Shown here one piece after another: positions 1 to 10,127 of a stretch of 64,000 nt of DNA (position 1 is its first letter; each line of letters opens with the position of its first letter). The notes under the pieces are model-generated. The model did no database searches. It saw only the letters and a program-made list of their open reading frames with translations, and was not told the DNA's origin. Made by a program: the position numbers and the translations under genes. The stretch is from Candidatus Latescibacterota bacterium (GTDB lineage: Bacteria; Latescibacterota; UBA2968; UBA8231): NCBI GenBank assembly GCA_965217585.1, contig OZ244561.1, positions 3,584,001 to 3,648,000 of the forward strand, given 5' to 3'.

Positions 1-441
1 CACGCCTTTGGCAAGATCACCCTCTTCTTCTGCGCCGGGGCCATCGCGGTCGCTCTGCACAAAACTGAGATCAGCGAGATGAAGGGAATTGGCCGGCAAA
101 TGCCGTGGACGATGGGGGCCTTTCTCGTCGGTTCGCTCAGCATTATCGGTTTGCCGCCGCTGGGAGGAGCTTGGAGCAAGTGGTACCTAATCCTCGCCGG
201 GCTAGACGCAGAACAGTACGTGGCCATTGGCGTACTCTTGATAAGCTCGCTGCTCAACATCGCCTATCTGTTGCCGGTGGCAGTCAACGCCTTCTTCTAC
301 GCAGCACCCGATGAAGAAAGCGGCCTACAGGAAGCCCCGCTGGCCTGCGTCCTGCCGCTGATTTGCACGGCGCTGGGTGGACTGGTGCTCTTCTTCTATC
401 CCGACCCCCTCCTCGACCTCTGCCGCCAGATCGGAGGATAA
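1..441 (+). CDS. Mrp-type Na+/H+ antiporter subunit D family protein (proton-pumping membrane subunit), 5'-truncated by window edge
   Basis: Frame is open from base 1 (HAFGKITLFFCAGAI...). Motifs GIGRQMPWT and SIIGLPPLGGAWSKW are typical of MrpD/NuoM-like subunits. Confidence 0.85.
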   Translation, partial: HAFGKITLFFCAGAIAVALHKTEISEMKGIGRQMPWTMGAFLVGSLSIIGLPPLGGAWSKWYLILAGLDAEQYVAIGVLLISSLLNIAYLLPVAVNAFFYAAPDEESGLQEAPLACVLPLICTALGGLVLFFYPDPLLDLCRQIGG

Positions 442-445
442 GGCC

Positions 446-706
446 ATGACTCAAGAGAAAAAACATCTATTCGACCAGCCGCGGAACGTCCACCGCCTGA
501 TATGGATCTTCTTCGCTCTCTGCGCCTTGCTCTTGGGCTTGGACTTGCTCGTCCATCGGCACTTGAACTTTGCCGAGGGTGTCTTTCCGGTTGAGGGATG
601 GTTCGGTTTTTACGCGATATACGGATTTGTCGCTTGCGTGCTCTTGGTTGTGACGGCCACCCAGCTGCGCAAGGTGCTGATGCGCCGCGAGGATTACTAT
701 GACTAG
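446..706 (+). CDS. small two-TM hypothetical protein of Mrp operons
   Basis: ATG at 446 follows GGAGG. Two hydrophobic segments and an RREDYYD end. Overlaps the next start. Confidence 0.75.
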   Translation: MTQEKKHLFDQPRNVHRLIWIFFALCALLLGLDLLVHRHLNFAEGVFPVEGWFGFYAIYGFVACVLLVVTATQLRKVLMRREDYYD

Positions 707-2387
707 CCTGCACCCGGCGGCCTTCCTGCTGTTAGGCGGGCTGTTGTTGCCCGTCTTGCCGCTGGCCGTGCGGCGGGTGGCGTTGCTCCTTTTGCCGTTG
801 GCCGGATTTTACAATCTCCTCGGCTATCAGATAGGCGACGGCCAAGTCGGCTCCCTAGCCGGCTACGAGCTGCACTGGGTGCGCGTTGATCAACTCAGCC
901 TGCTTTTTGGCTATCTCTTTCACGTGGCCGCCTTCCTCGCCGCGCTCTTCTCGCTGCATTTGCAAGATCGGCTGCAGCAGGCGACCGGCTTCCTGTACGC
1001 GGGCGCGGCCGTGGGTGCGGTCTTTGCCGGCGATCTCATCGCGCTCTTCATCTTTTGGGAGCTGTTGGCGATTAGCTCGGTCTTCCAGATCTGGGCCAGC
1101 CAGAGCGAAAGGGCCATTGCCGCTGGCACGCGCTACCTGCTGATCCACATCAGCTCCGGCCTGCTGCTCTTGGTCGGCACGGCGTGGCACTACCAGCAGA
1201 CCGGCTCGCTGGCGCTGGGGCATCTGGGCATTGATAGCTGGGCCACGCGGCTGATCTTCCTCGGCGTCGGCATTAAATGCGCCTTCCCGTTTCTGCACTC
1301 GTGGCTGGTGGATGCCTACCCGGAGTCCACGCCCACTGGCGCGGTTTTTTTGAGTTCCTTCACCACCAAGACCGCGGTCTATGTGTTGGCGCGCAGTTTT
1401 GCCGGCACCGAATGCCTGCTCTACATCGGCGCGGCCATGGCGATGTTCCCCATCTTCTATGCGGTTATTGAAAACGACCTGCGCCGCGTGTTGGGCTACA
1501 GCATGATCAACCAGATCGGCTTTATGGTCGTCGGCGTCGGCTTGGGGCCAGGTATGGGCGTCAATGGCGCGGTTGCCCACGCCTTCAACGACGTGCTCTT
1601 CAAAGGTCTGCTCTTTATGTCGATGGGGGCCGTGCTCTACCGCACCGGCAGGATCAACGGCTCGGATCTCGGGGGGCTGTACAAATCCATGCCTTGGACC
1701 TGCGGCTTCTGCATGGTTGGGGCCGCGTCGATTTCGGCCTTCCCGCTCTTTAGCGGCTTTGTCAGCAAGTCGATGGTCATGCAAGCCGCAGCTAACGAGG
1801 GACATCTCGTCGTTTGGCTGCTGCTGCTGTTTGCCTCGGCCGGCGTCTTCCACCACGCCGGCATCAAAATTCCCTTCTTTGCCTTCTTCGCCCACGACGC
1901 GGGGATCCGCTGCCGCGAAGCACCGCGCAATATGCTCGTGGCGATGGGGATCGGGGCGGCGTTGTGCATTGGTATCGGCTCGTTCCCGCACTATCTGTAC
2001 AGGCTCCTGCCCTATCCGGTTGACTACGAGCCGTACGATGCAACTCACATCGTCTTACAGCTCCAGTTGTTGTTCTTTTCGGCGCTGGCTTTTGTCGCGC
2101 TCAAGCTGACGGGCATCTATCCGCCGGAGCTGCGCTCGGCCAATATCGACGTGGACTGGACCTACCGAAAGCTGCTACCCGGCGCAGCGCGGTTGTGCGT
2201 ACAGGTGGGGGCACCGCTGCGGGATGGACTGATCTCCTGGGGTAAGCGACGGGTCTTCTCGCTAGTGGACCAAGTGCGCCAGTACCACGGTCCGACTGGC
2301 GTCTTTGCGCGCGCATGGCCTGTCAGTAGCAGCGTGCTGTTGGTGACGATTTTCTTGGCGGTGTACTTGTTTGTGTACTTGGGATGA
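699..2387 (+). CDS. mrpD: Na+/H+ antiporter subunit D
   Basis: 562-aa polytopic membrane protein with FIFWE, HSWLVDAYPES, TTKTAVY, AHAFNDVLFKGLLFM and PLFSGFVSK motifs. Confidence 0.88.
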   Translation: MTSLHPAAFLLLGGLLLPVLPLAVRRVALLLLPLAGFYNLLGYQIGDGQVGSLAGYELHWVRVDQLSLLFGYLFHVAAFLAALFSLHLQDRLQQATGFLYAGAAVGAVFAGDLIALFIFWELLAISSVFQIWASQSERAIAAGTRYLLIHISSGLLLLVGTAWHYQQTGSLALGHLGIDSWATRLIFLGVGIKCAFPFLHSWLVDAYPESTPTGAVFLSSFTTKTAVYVLARSFAGTECLLYIGAAMAMFPIFYAVIENDLRRVLGYSMINQIGFMVVGVGLGPGMGVNGAVAHAFNDVLFKGLLFMSMGAVLYRTGRINGSDLGGLYKSMPWTCGFCMVGAASISAFPLFSGFVSKSMVMQAAANEGHLVVWLLLLFASAGVFHHAGIKIPFFAFFAHDAGIRCREAPRNMLVAMGIGAALCIGIGSFPHYLYRLLPYPVDYEPYDATHIVLQLQLLFFSALAFVALKLTGIYPPELRSANIDVDWTYRKLLPGAARLCVQVGAPLRDGLISWGKRRVFSLVDQVRQYHGPTGVFARAWPVSSSVLLVTIFLAVYLFVYLG

Positions 2388-2394
2388 CTCTGCC

Positions 2395-2889
2395 TCAGAG
2401 CTGCAAGGCCGTGCGGATGGCCGTGGCAATGGCTGCGGGCGGAGGGCCGATGTCCACGTTCAGTGCGTCGCGCGGCTCTTCGAGGGTCGCGAACTGGCTG
2501 TCGAGCAGGCTGGCCGGCATGTAGCGGTGCTGCCGCGTCTCGAGCCGCTGGGCGATGAGTGTCTTCGGGCCCTTGAGATGGACGATCTGCACGCCGGGCC
2601 GCCCACTGACCAAGATGTCGCGGTAGCTCTGTTTGAGAGCGGAGCAGCCGAGTATCGCCCCTTGCTCGGCACAAAGCCACTGGTCGATGGCCGCAGAGAG
2701 GGTCTCCAGCCAAGGCCAGCGGTCCTCGTCGGCAAGCGGCGTGCCGTTGGCCATTTTGTGCACGTTGGTTTCTGGGTGGAAATCGTCCGCATCGTAATAA
2801 GCCCATCCGAGCTGTTGGGCGAGCTGTTCGCCCACTGTTGTCTTACCGCTACCCGTTACGCCCATTAGTACGATGACCATGCGCTTCAT
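2395..2889 (-). CDS. gntK: gluconokinase
   Basis: P-loop GVTGSGKTT, DADDFHP, PLADEDRWPWL, CSALKQSYR, LLDSQFATLE. Confidence 0.93.
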   Translation of the reverse strand: MKRMVIVLMGVTGSGKTTVGEQLAQQLGWAYYDADDFHPETNVHKMANGTPLADEDRWPWLETLSAAIDQWLCAEQGAILGCSALKQSYRDILVSGRPGVQIVHLKGPKTLIAQRLETRQHRYMPASLLDSQFATLEEPRDALNVDIGPPPAAIATAIRTALQL

Positions 2890-2946
2890 CTCCCGCGTTG
2901 TGCGCTGCGGGCCTGAACATATAGGAGCGCGTCTGTTGCAACAAGG

Positions 2947-4170
2947 TCAGTTGTCTACTAACGAGGCGTGCGGATTGATGGGCAGTTCCAAGGCTACACA
3001 GGCCCCTTGGGCGCAGTCTTCGACGAATAGGCGGCCGTAGTGTTCGCGAGCAATGCCCGCGCATACGCTCAACCCCAATCCGCTGTTTTGGCTCGACGCC
3101 TTGGTCGTGAAAAACGGCGCAAAAATATCGTTCCGGATTTCCGCGGGAATGCCTGGCCCATTGTCCTCGATCTCCAGCACGATCCAGCCTTGGCGGATCG
3201 CTACCCGCAGCGCGATCCGCCCCGCGCCTCGCGCCTGCTTTATGGCCTCGCGGCTATTTTGGATGAGGTTGAGGACGACCTGTTGGAGCTGGCCGGCATG
3301 AGCCTTGATATAGGGCAGGTTCGGGGCTAGGTCCTCGGCGATTTCGATCTGGTCTTTCAGGAGCGTCCGGCGCATCAGCAGGGCGGTCTCCTGCACGAGG
3401 CGGGTGAAGTTGACCCATTCCTTCCGCGCCTTCTGCTGGCGCGCACACGCCAACAGCCGCTCGCTGGTGCTGCGCGCTTGGAGGCCAGCCTCGTACACGG
3501 CTTGTACGCCGTCGCCGACGGCGGGCGCTAAGTTGTCCTCGAGCAGCAGGCTGGTCTCGCCGATGATCACCTCTAAGTGTTTGTTGATTTCGCCCGCGAA
3601 CTCGGCCGTCAATTGCCCCATCACCCGCAATTTCTGTGCTTGGCGTAGCTGCGCTTCTTTGGCCTGCAACTGCGACAGGTCTTCTTGTCGGTAGTACAGC
3701 CCGCTGAGGACCTCGCCCAAGCCCTTGACCAAGCCGACGTCCGCGTCGCTACAGGCGATGGCTTCTTGGCGATAAACGGCTAGGACGCCTTGATCAAAGG
3801 TCGTTTCGAGTATGGCTTTGACATTGCAACGCATCTGCTGGGCCAGCCAGTCGCATTCTCCGTGGCGGTTCGGCGCTCGATAGCAGGTCGCGGCTGATTT
3901 CCAAGCCCCCAGCACCCACTGCTGTCCTTCCGTTAGCGGGGACCAATACCCGTCGGACGTCAAGGGATGGACGCGCATCTTGCACTCGCCGTTGTCGGCT
4001 TGCACCCGGTACAACCGACAACCGTCGTGAGCGATCCCGGCGTGGTCCAAGGTCTGGCGAATCTGCGATAGGACCATGAATTCGCCCTCCGGTTCTTTGT
4101 GCCGCCAAACCGCGAGCCGCAAGTCTCGCAACAGGTCCTCATTAGCATTGCCGCCGCTGTGTTTGCCCAT
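2947..4170 (-). CDS. sensor histidine kinase-like protein (GAF-like + HisKA + HATPase_c) with an atypical H-box
   Basis: N, G1, F and G2 boxes present (QVVLNLIQNS, DNGPGI, FAPFFTTK, GLGLS). H-box reads FAGEINKHL. ATG 4170 follows AAAAGGA. Confidence 0.85.
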   Translation of the reverse strand: MGKHSGGNANEDLLRDLRLAVWRHKEPEGEFMVLSQIRQTLDHAGIAHDGCRLYRVQADNGECKMRVHPLTSDGYWSPLTEGQQWVLGAWKSAATCYRAPNRHGECDWLAQQMRCNVKAILETTFDQGVLAVYRQEAIACSDADVGLVKGLGEVLSGLYYRQEDLSQLQAKEAQLRQAQKLRVMGQLTAEFAGEINKHLEVIIGETSLLLEDNLAPAVGDGVQAVYEAGLQARSTSERLLACARQQKARKEWVNFTRLVQETALLMRRTLLKDQIEIAEDLAPNLPYIKAHAGQLQQVVLNLIQNSREAIKQARGAGRIALRVAIRQGWIVLEIEDNGPGIPAEIRNDIFAPFFTTKASSQNSGLGLSVCAGIAREHYGRLFVEDCAQGACVALELPINPHASLVDN

Positions 4171-4192
4171 GGTCAGTCCTTTTTCTGCTCTA

Positions 4193-4612
4193 CTAGATAG
4201 AGCTGCGCGGCCAATGCGCACTTTGGATCTCTGAGTACACATCCGACCTATTTTTGTCTAAATGTCTCTTGAGGCTATAGACGAAGCTGTCCAGTAAAAT
4301 GGGTTTCTCGACTAAATCCTGTGCTCCACTCAGCACGACCTCTTGCGCTAGCTGGGGACTAGCCAAATCGCATAGCACGACGATTTTTGTCTGCACGCCA
4401 CGCGCTCGCAGTTTGCGAATGGTGCCGACCGAGAAGTTGGGCAGCGAGGCGTCTATTATGGCTAGGTCGTACTCGTTTGACAGCAGGCTGGCGTACGCAC
4501 AGAAGCCGTCGGTCGTCAGCTCAACGGACTGCCCAATTTGTCTTTTGAGCAAGATCCTATGGATGTAACCACGAGAGAGTGTGTCGCCATCGGCAATTAA
4601 AATTCGGGCCAT
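4193..4612 (-). CDS. single-domain response regulator (receiver), divergent
   Basis: ILIADGD, YDLAIIDASLP and GAQDLVEKP receiver motifs. Confidence 0.8.
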   Translation of the reverse strand: MARILIADGDTLSRGYIHRILLKRQIGQSVELTTDGFCAYASLLSNEYDLAIIDASLPNFSVGTIRKLRARGVQTKIVVLCDLASPQLAQEVVLSGAQDLVEKPILLDSFVYSLKRHLDKNRSDVYSEIQSAHWPRSSI

Positions 4613-5031
4613 GATCAGCACTGTTTCCCCAAGGCGTAGAGATGAATGTGCCCCGCGGACTCACAGCGAGGCCACAGGGCTGAATGGGTAGGTTGTGTTA
4701 TCGGGAATGCGAATAGGCTATGTGTAAAGGCAGAGCAGGCACTAGGAGACGGTCCGTATTTCGATATCAAGCAAACGTTTGTAAAGCAAAGCTGGTACCA
4801 TAGGTTTAATTTCTCAAAAAGTCAATGTTAAACGATGAATTAGAAACACAAGGTTTCACTCCGTTTACCCGCAGTGACGACAAAATTATCGATGCCCCTC
4901 CAAACGACAACTATTTTGTCACAAACAGCTCGTCCGCGCATTGGAGGCGCAAACTCGCCCTTGCGGTATTGACAAAGTGATGCGCTCTGTTTGTGTTTGA
5001 TACGCTGCACAATCAAATCCAAAGAAGCCGA

Positions 5032-6330
5032 ATGGAAACAAATCACACGCTGCACCAAGAACGCGCCATCCTCGTCGGCGTCGCCCTGCCCCAGATGCCC
5101 GCTTGGGAGACCGAGCACTCCCTCGACGAACTCGGCCGCTTAGTCGCCACCGCTGGCCTCGTCGAAGCCGCGCGCCAGATCCAAGCGCGCGACCGCATCG
5201 ACTCGGCCCACTACGTCGGCAAGGGCAAGGCCGCCTCCCTCAAGCAGATCGCGGCCGAGTGCCAAGCCGACGTGATCGTTTTTGACAACGACCTCTCGCC
5301 GGCCCAGATGCGCAACTTGGAGCGCGTCACCAAACGCCGCATTATCGACCGCAGCGCCGTGATCTTGGACATCTTCGCGCACCACGCTCGCACCCGCACG
5401 GCCCAACTCCAAGTCGAGCTAGCCCAGCTCAACTACCTCCTGCCGCGCCTGACTCGCTACTGGACCCACCTGTCGCGCCAAGCTGGCGGCGGGGCCATCC
5501 GCGGCATGGGGGCAGCCGGCGTCCGCGGCCCGGGCGAAACCCAATTGGAAATCGACCGCCGCCTGATTCGCCGTCAGATCAATTCCCTAAAGGCCAAGCT
5601 CGACAAGATTGGCGTGCAGATGGCGACCAACCGCAAAAATCGCTCGGATGTTTTTAAGGTGGCCCTCGTGGGTTATACCAATGCCGGCAAGTCCACTCTG
5701 ATGAGGGCGCTTTCCGGCGCGGATGTCCTAGTCGAGGACCAGCTCTTTGCCACCTTGGACTCGACCACTCGCGCCGTTGACCTCGACCGCAACCACAAGA
5801 TCCTGCTCACTGACACGGTCGGCTTCATAAACCGCCTGCCCCACCACCTGTTCGCCTCTTTCCGCGCCACGCTCGAAGAGGCCGTAGAGGCCGATTTGCT
5901 GCTCCACGTGATCGATTTGAGTTTTCCGTACTACGAGTCGCAGGTCGCCACGGTTGAGCAAGTTCTCCACAGCCTCGGGCTTGCAGACAGCCCCACCCTG
6001 ATGGTGTACAATAAGATTGACCAGGTGGCTTCCGGCGAAGAAGAGCGGATTGTGGCCGCGTACGCGGACCGCGAACACGCCATCGCCGTCTCGGCCAGCC
6101 AAGCCCTCAACCTCGACGCGCTACGCGACAAAATTCTCGCGTACAGCGTCGCTGGAGACGTCACCTTGGAGCTGCAAGTTCCCCAAGCCGAAGGCCGGCT
6201 CTTGGCCCATTTACACCAGCAAGGCCAAGTTCTCGCAGAGACCTATAGGGGCAACGACGTTTGCTTGTGTGTGCGCTTGGAAAAGACTTGGGCTAAGCGC
6301 TGGCGGCTAGATCGTTTCGTCCCCACCTAG
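5032..6330 (+). CDS. hflX: GTPase HflX
   Basis: QLQVELAQLNYLLPRL, GPGETQLEIDRR, GYTNAGKST, LFATLD, DTVGF, NKID. Confidence 0.97.
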   Translation: METNHTLHQERAILVGVALPQMPAWETEHSLDELGRLVATAGLVEAARQIQARDRIDSAHYVGKGKAASLKQIAAECQADVIVFDNDLSPAQMRNLERVTKRRIIDRSAVILDIFAHHARTRTAQLQVELAQLNYLLPRLTRYWTHLSRQAGGGAIRGMGAAGVRGPGETQLEIDRRLIRRQINSLKAKLDKIGVQMATNRKNRSDVFKVALVGYTNAGKSTLMRALSGADVLVEDQLFATLDSTTRAVDLDRNHKILLTDTVGFINRLPHHLFASFRATLEEAVEADLLLHVIDLSFPYYESQVATVEQVLHSLGLADSPTLMVYNKIDQVASGEEERIVAAYADREHAIAVSASQALNLDALRDKILAYSVAGDVTLELQVPQAEGRLLAHLHQQGQVLAETYRGNDVCLCVRLEKTWAKRWRLDRFVPT

Positions 6331-6343
6331 CCGACAGGGCTGG

Positions 6344-6373
6344 TTGACAAGCCCAACTGCTCAGACCTACTAT
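6344..6373 (+). promoter_or_regulatory. sigma70-type promoter
   Basis: TTGACA(6344-6349)-N18-TACTAT(6368-6373), about 40 bp upstream of ATG 6413. Confidence 0.55.
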
Positions 6374-6412
6374 CGACGATTCAGGCTGTTGCACCGGCGG
6401 ATAAAGCGTTGC

Positions 6413-7210
6413 ATGCAAACTAACCGAGAAACGGAACCACAGCTCGCACTTGCCACGACCACGGTGGCCCGACCCCGGCCCGAGGAGTGCGCGGCTGCGC
6501 GCCGCATTGCCGCTGAAATGGGTTGCCCCTACTGGCCTCGGGACGCGCTCGCCGAAACTTGCGCCGACCTCGACGGCCTGCTCGTGGTCGAGCGCGAAAA
6601 CCTGGCCCTGTGGATCGCCGGGCAGCGCTTTTGCTACCATCCCAACATGGCTAAACTGCGGGTGCTCGCTTTGCGGCAACAGAGAAAAGATGCCTTGATA
6701 GAGGCCCTGCAAATCGCACCGGGGGCCAGCGTCCTCGACTGCACCTGCGGACTAGGGGCCGATGCGGTCGTGGCCTCGTACGTAACTGGGCCCGAGGGCC
6801 GCGTGCGCGCCTTGGAAGCCGCGCCGCTGTTGGCGCTCTTGGTCGAGCGCGGCATGGCCGCGTACCCACTCGCCGACGACCCGGATCTCGGCTTGGCCAT
6901 GCGCCGCGTCGAAGTGTGTCGCGCCGACTTTGCGACGTACTTGCGCGAGGAAGCCGACGCAGCGTGGGACGTGGTTTACTTCGACCCTATGTTCGGCGAG
7001 AGCATTGCCCATGCTCGGGGCTTGGACTTGGTCCGTTGCTTGGCGCGGTCGGGCGGCCCCGCACCCGCGGACCTACGCGAGGCCCGCCGCGTCGCCCGCC
7101 GTCGAGTGGTGATGAAGGATCGCCGGCCCGGCTGCGCACTCGCCCGCCTCGGTTTCGCCAAAGTCGAGGAGAGTCGCCGCGTCTGCTACGGCGTGCTGCC
7201 CGCTTGGTAG
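6413..7210 (+). CDS. class I SAM-dependent methyltransferase (RsmJ/YhiQ-like)
   Basis: VLDCTCGLGAD, DVVYFDPMF and RRRVVMK motifs of the RsmJ-like family. Confidence 0.8.
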   Translation: MQTNRETEPQLALATTTVARPRPEECAAARRIAAEMGCPYWPRDALAETCADLDGLLVVERENLALWIAGQRFCYHPNMAKLRVLALRQQRKDALIEALQIAPGASVLDCTCGLGADAVVASYVTGPEGRVRALEAAPLLALLVERGMAAYPLADDPDLGLAMRRVEVCRADFATYLREEADAAWDVVYFDPMFGESIAHARGLDLVRCLARSGGPAPADLREARRVARRRVVMKDRRPGCALARLGFAKVEESRRVCYGVLPAW

Positions 7211-7273
7211 CTTTATCCGCCGGCTGCTTCACCGTGCCCACGGGCACGACATGGTCGGTGCAAGGAACGGATC

Positions 7274-8047
7274 GTGGAACTATCCTGTTGTGCTTGGGCC
7301 TTGACCGGCTCGGAAGAAGACGCCCTCACCGCGCTGGCCGCTATCGGCTTCCGCTCTATTGACGTACAGGCGAAGACCTTTGTCGGCCCGGCGTCGCGAG
7401 CGCGCATCGACGACCTCGGCCTGTCGGTCTCCTGCCTCGCGCTGTGTTTTAACATGGAAGACGGCGCGGCGCTCGACGGCGCAACAGCCGTCGCTCAACA
7501 AGCCGCCCTCGACCACTGTCGGGAGGCCCTGGACCACGCTGCCGCCCTCGGTGCCGGTACCGCGTATGTTGTCCCAGGGACCGATCCAGCCGCGCTACCC
7601 CAGTTTGGTGAGGCCTTGGGGCAGGTGGCGGACTTCGCGGCCGCGCGCGCGATTCGGGTCGGGGTTGAGCACTTCCCCGGCAAGGCGCTGCCGACGGCTG
7701 CCGGGACCTTGGAGTACTTGTCTCGCCTAAACCACCCCAACCTCTACTTGCTCCTCGACACCGGCCACCTACAGATGTCCAAGGAAAACCCGGCCACTGT
7801 CATAGCCGCCGCCGGAGACCGGCTCGGGTACGTGCATCTAGATGACAACGACGGGAAGGCCGACTTGCACTGGCCCCTACTAGAGGGCGTGCTGACCGAG
7901 GAGGCGCTAACCGCGACTTTCGCCGCCCTCGCCCTAAGCCCGTACGCCGGCCCAGCGAGCATTGAGCTCAGCCCCCAACTCCCCGACCCCGTGGCCGCGC
8001 TGGCCCAAAGCCGCGCTTGCGCCCTGCAAGCGGCTAAAAGAGAGTAG
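7274..8047 (+). CDS. sugar phosphate isomerase/epimerase (xylose isomerase-like TIM barrel)
   Basis: VEHFP, LLDTGH, VHLDDNDG..DLHW and SIE metal-binding pattern. Confidence 0.85.
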   Translation: MELSCCAWALTGSEEDALTALAAIGFRSIDVQAKTFVGPASRARIDDLGLSVSCLALCFNMEDGAALDGATAVAQQAALDHCREALDHAAALGAGTAYVVPGTDPAALPQFGEALGQVADFAAARAIRVGVEHFPGKALPTAAGTLEYLSRLNHPNLYLLLDTGHLQMSKENPATVIAAAGDRLGYVHLDDNDGKADLHWPLLEGVLTEEALTATFAALALSPYAGPASIELSPQLPDPVAALAQSRACALQAAKRE

Positions 8048-8050
8048 TCG

Positions 8051-9778
8051 ATGCCTATTTATATTCTGCTTTTAGCTGGCCTATCCTTCATCGCCTGTAG
8101 TGGCGACGAGGGTGCCCTCAAAAAGGTGCCGCGCAACCGGACCTTGATCATGGACTGCGCCGAGGCCAATTCCTGCTCCGGTCAGATCCAGGATTACAAC
8201 TCCTTCAACCCCTTCATTCCGGGCAGTATCTCGCGGATAGGCTACAACTTCCTCTACGAGCCGCTCTACTTCTTCAATGCCTACGAGGAAGATTCCGAGC
8301 TAATACCTTGGATCGCCGAGAGCCACCGTTTCAACGAGGATTACACCGAACTCGTGGTCAAAATCCGTCCGGGCGTCGAGTGGAGCGACGGGCATCCTTG
8401 GTCGGCGCACGACTTTGTCTTTACCATCAACATGCTCGTGGAGCACGCCCCACAGCTCGTGTACTCGACGGATATGGCGACTTGGGTCGAAGAGGCGGTC
8501 GCCCTCGACAGCCTGACGGCGCGCGTCGCGCTCAAGGCGCCCAACCCGCGCTTCCTCTTCAGCTACTTCGTCCACAGTGGCGACCAGGGCGTCCCCATCG
8601 TGCCCAAGCACATCTGGGAGGGCAAAGACCCGCTGACGTTTGCCAACTTCGACCTGCAAAAAGGCTGGCCGGTTCTGACCGGTCCCTATCGCATTGCGCG
8701 CTCGGAACCGGCTCAACGGATCTGGGATCTGCGCGAGGGCTGGTGGGCTGAAAAACTCGGTTTTCAGGAGCTGCCCCAAGTCGAGCGGCTGATCTACCTG
8801 ACCTATATGGAGGAGCACAAGCGCGTGCAAAATCTGATCGCCAACAACATCGACACCTGCTTGGAGCTGCGCCCGGCCAACATGGTTTCCCTATTGGAGC
8901 GCAATCGCAACATCACGACTTGGACCGGCCGCGAGCCGCCGTATAGCTACATCACTTGGTGGCCCATCTCGCTGGGGTTCAATGGGCTGGAGGCCCCTTG
9001 GTCCGACCCGGAGATGCGCCGCGCGGTCAACTACGCCATCGACCGCGAACAGCTCGTGGCTATCGGCTGGCAAAACTCAGGTTCGTGGACGCTGCTGCCC
9101 TTGCCCGACCTCCCGCAGATGCATCGGTATTTTACCCTCGCCGAGGACTTGGTCGCCAAGCACCAAGTCGGCGTCTTTGACTTGGGAAAGAGCGCGGAGA
9201 TACTCGCCCGCAAAGGATACGTACGCAACGGGGTTTTCTGGGAAAAGGACGGGCAGCCCCTAAGCATGGTCATCGACATCTTCTCCCACTTTCAGGACCT
9301 GACGCCGGTGCTCATCGCCCAGCTCAAAAAGGCCGGCATCAACGCCTCCTTCCGCATGACCTCGGACTTCTCCACGCGCCTGCGCCAGGGCACGGCCCGG
9401 GCGTACCTGATCGGCAACTTCAGCTCCATGCGCGACCCCTATTTTGTGCTGCGCCAGTACCACAGCCGCTTTGTCCAGCCCACCGGAGAGCCGGCCGACA
9501 TGCCGTGGCGCTGGCAAAACCTGGCCTACGATGCGCTGATTGACCAGATGGGTCAGACCCCGACCGACGCCCCGGAGATGGACGAACTCTACCGAGAGGC
9601 CATGGACCTCTGGCTGGCTGAGTTGCCCTCCATTCCCATCGTCCAATGGCCGCACCGCATCCCGCACAACGAGACCTATTGGACCAACTGGCCCAGCGCA
9701 GAAAACCCCTATATCAACAGCGCTTACTGGAGCCGCACCTGGCTTTTGGTGCTGCTGAACTTGCGGCCGCAGATGTGA
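8051..9778 (+). CDS. ABC transporter substrate-binding lipoprotein, family 5 (peptide/oligosaccharide)
   Basis: Lipobox FIAC, LYEPL, IRPGVEWSDG, TGPY, RRAVNYAIDR. Confidence 0.9.
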   Translation: MPIYILLLAGLSFIACSGDEGALKKVPRNRTLIMDCAEANSCSGQIQDYNSFNPFIPGSISRIGYNFLYEPLYFFNAYEEDSELIPWIAESHRFNEDYTELVVKIRPGVEWSDGHPWSAHDFVFTINMLVEHAPQLVYSTDMATWVEEAVALDSLTARVALKAPNPRFLFSYFVHSGDQGVPIVPKHIWEGKDPLTFANFDLQKGWPVLTGPYRIARSEPAQRIWDLREGWWAEKLGFQELPQVERLIYLTYMEEHKRVQNLIANNIDTCLELRPANMVSLLERNRNITTWTGREPPYSYITWWPISLGFNGLEAPWSDPEMRRAVNYAIDREQLVAIGWQNSGSWTLLPLPDLPQMHRYFTLAEDLVAKHQVGVFDLGKSAEILARKGYVRNGVFWEKDGQPLSMVIDIFSHFQDLTPVLIAQLKKAGINASFRMTSDFSTRLRQGTARAYLIGNFSSMRDPYFVLRQYHSRFVQPTGEPADMPWRWQNLAYDALIDQMGQTPTDAPEMDELYREAMDLWLAELPSIPIVQWPHRIPHNETYWTNWPSAENPYINSAYWSRTWLLVLLNLRPQM

Positions 9779-9791
9779 GGGAGCCGGCGCA

Positions 9792-10127
9792 ATGGATCGC
9801 CATGCTAGGGAGACCCTTACTGCGGCGTGGTTGGTGGCTTCAGCTATGCTGCTTTTCATATTGATCACGCCCTATCTTGTGCCGGAGAAAACGCTTTTTT
9901 CTGCAAGCGAGGCTTTTAAGGTGCCGCATCGCAGTGGGGAAACGTGCGCTTTGTGCGGCATGACGCGCGCATTCGCGGCTATTGCACGTGGCGACTTTGC
10001 CACGGCCCTTATGTACAATCGAGGATCGGTCGCCTTTTATGCAGCTTTACTCGCCAATCAGCTAGTGGGCGCCTTTTTCTTGCTGCGTCGAATGCACAAA
10101 AGGAGATACCATCATGCAGGTGCTTAG
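9792..10127 (+). CDS. DUF2752-like membrane protein
   Basis: CALCGMTRAF...GDFATALMYN motif between hydrophobic segments. Confidence 0.7.
   Translation: MDRHARETLTAAWLVASAMLLFILITPYLVPEKTLFSASEAFKVPHRSGETCALCGMTRAFAAIARGDFATALMYNRGSVAFYAALLANQLVGAFFLLRRMHKRRYHHAGA

Noticed and set aside
855-2048. Long antisense or alternate-frame ORFs (also 12882-13874, 16468-17775, 26705-27682, 52523-53425, 33174-34010)
   Set aside because: They shadow well-supported genes, have no motifs, and are expected in GC-rich DNA.
4625-5030. AT-rich intergenic region as an ncRNA or riboswitch
   Set aside because: No recognisable conserved structure. It is adequately explained as a divergent promoter region, and the TTGACA at 4969 has no well-spaced -10 box.
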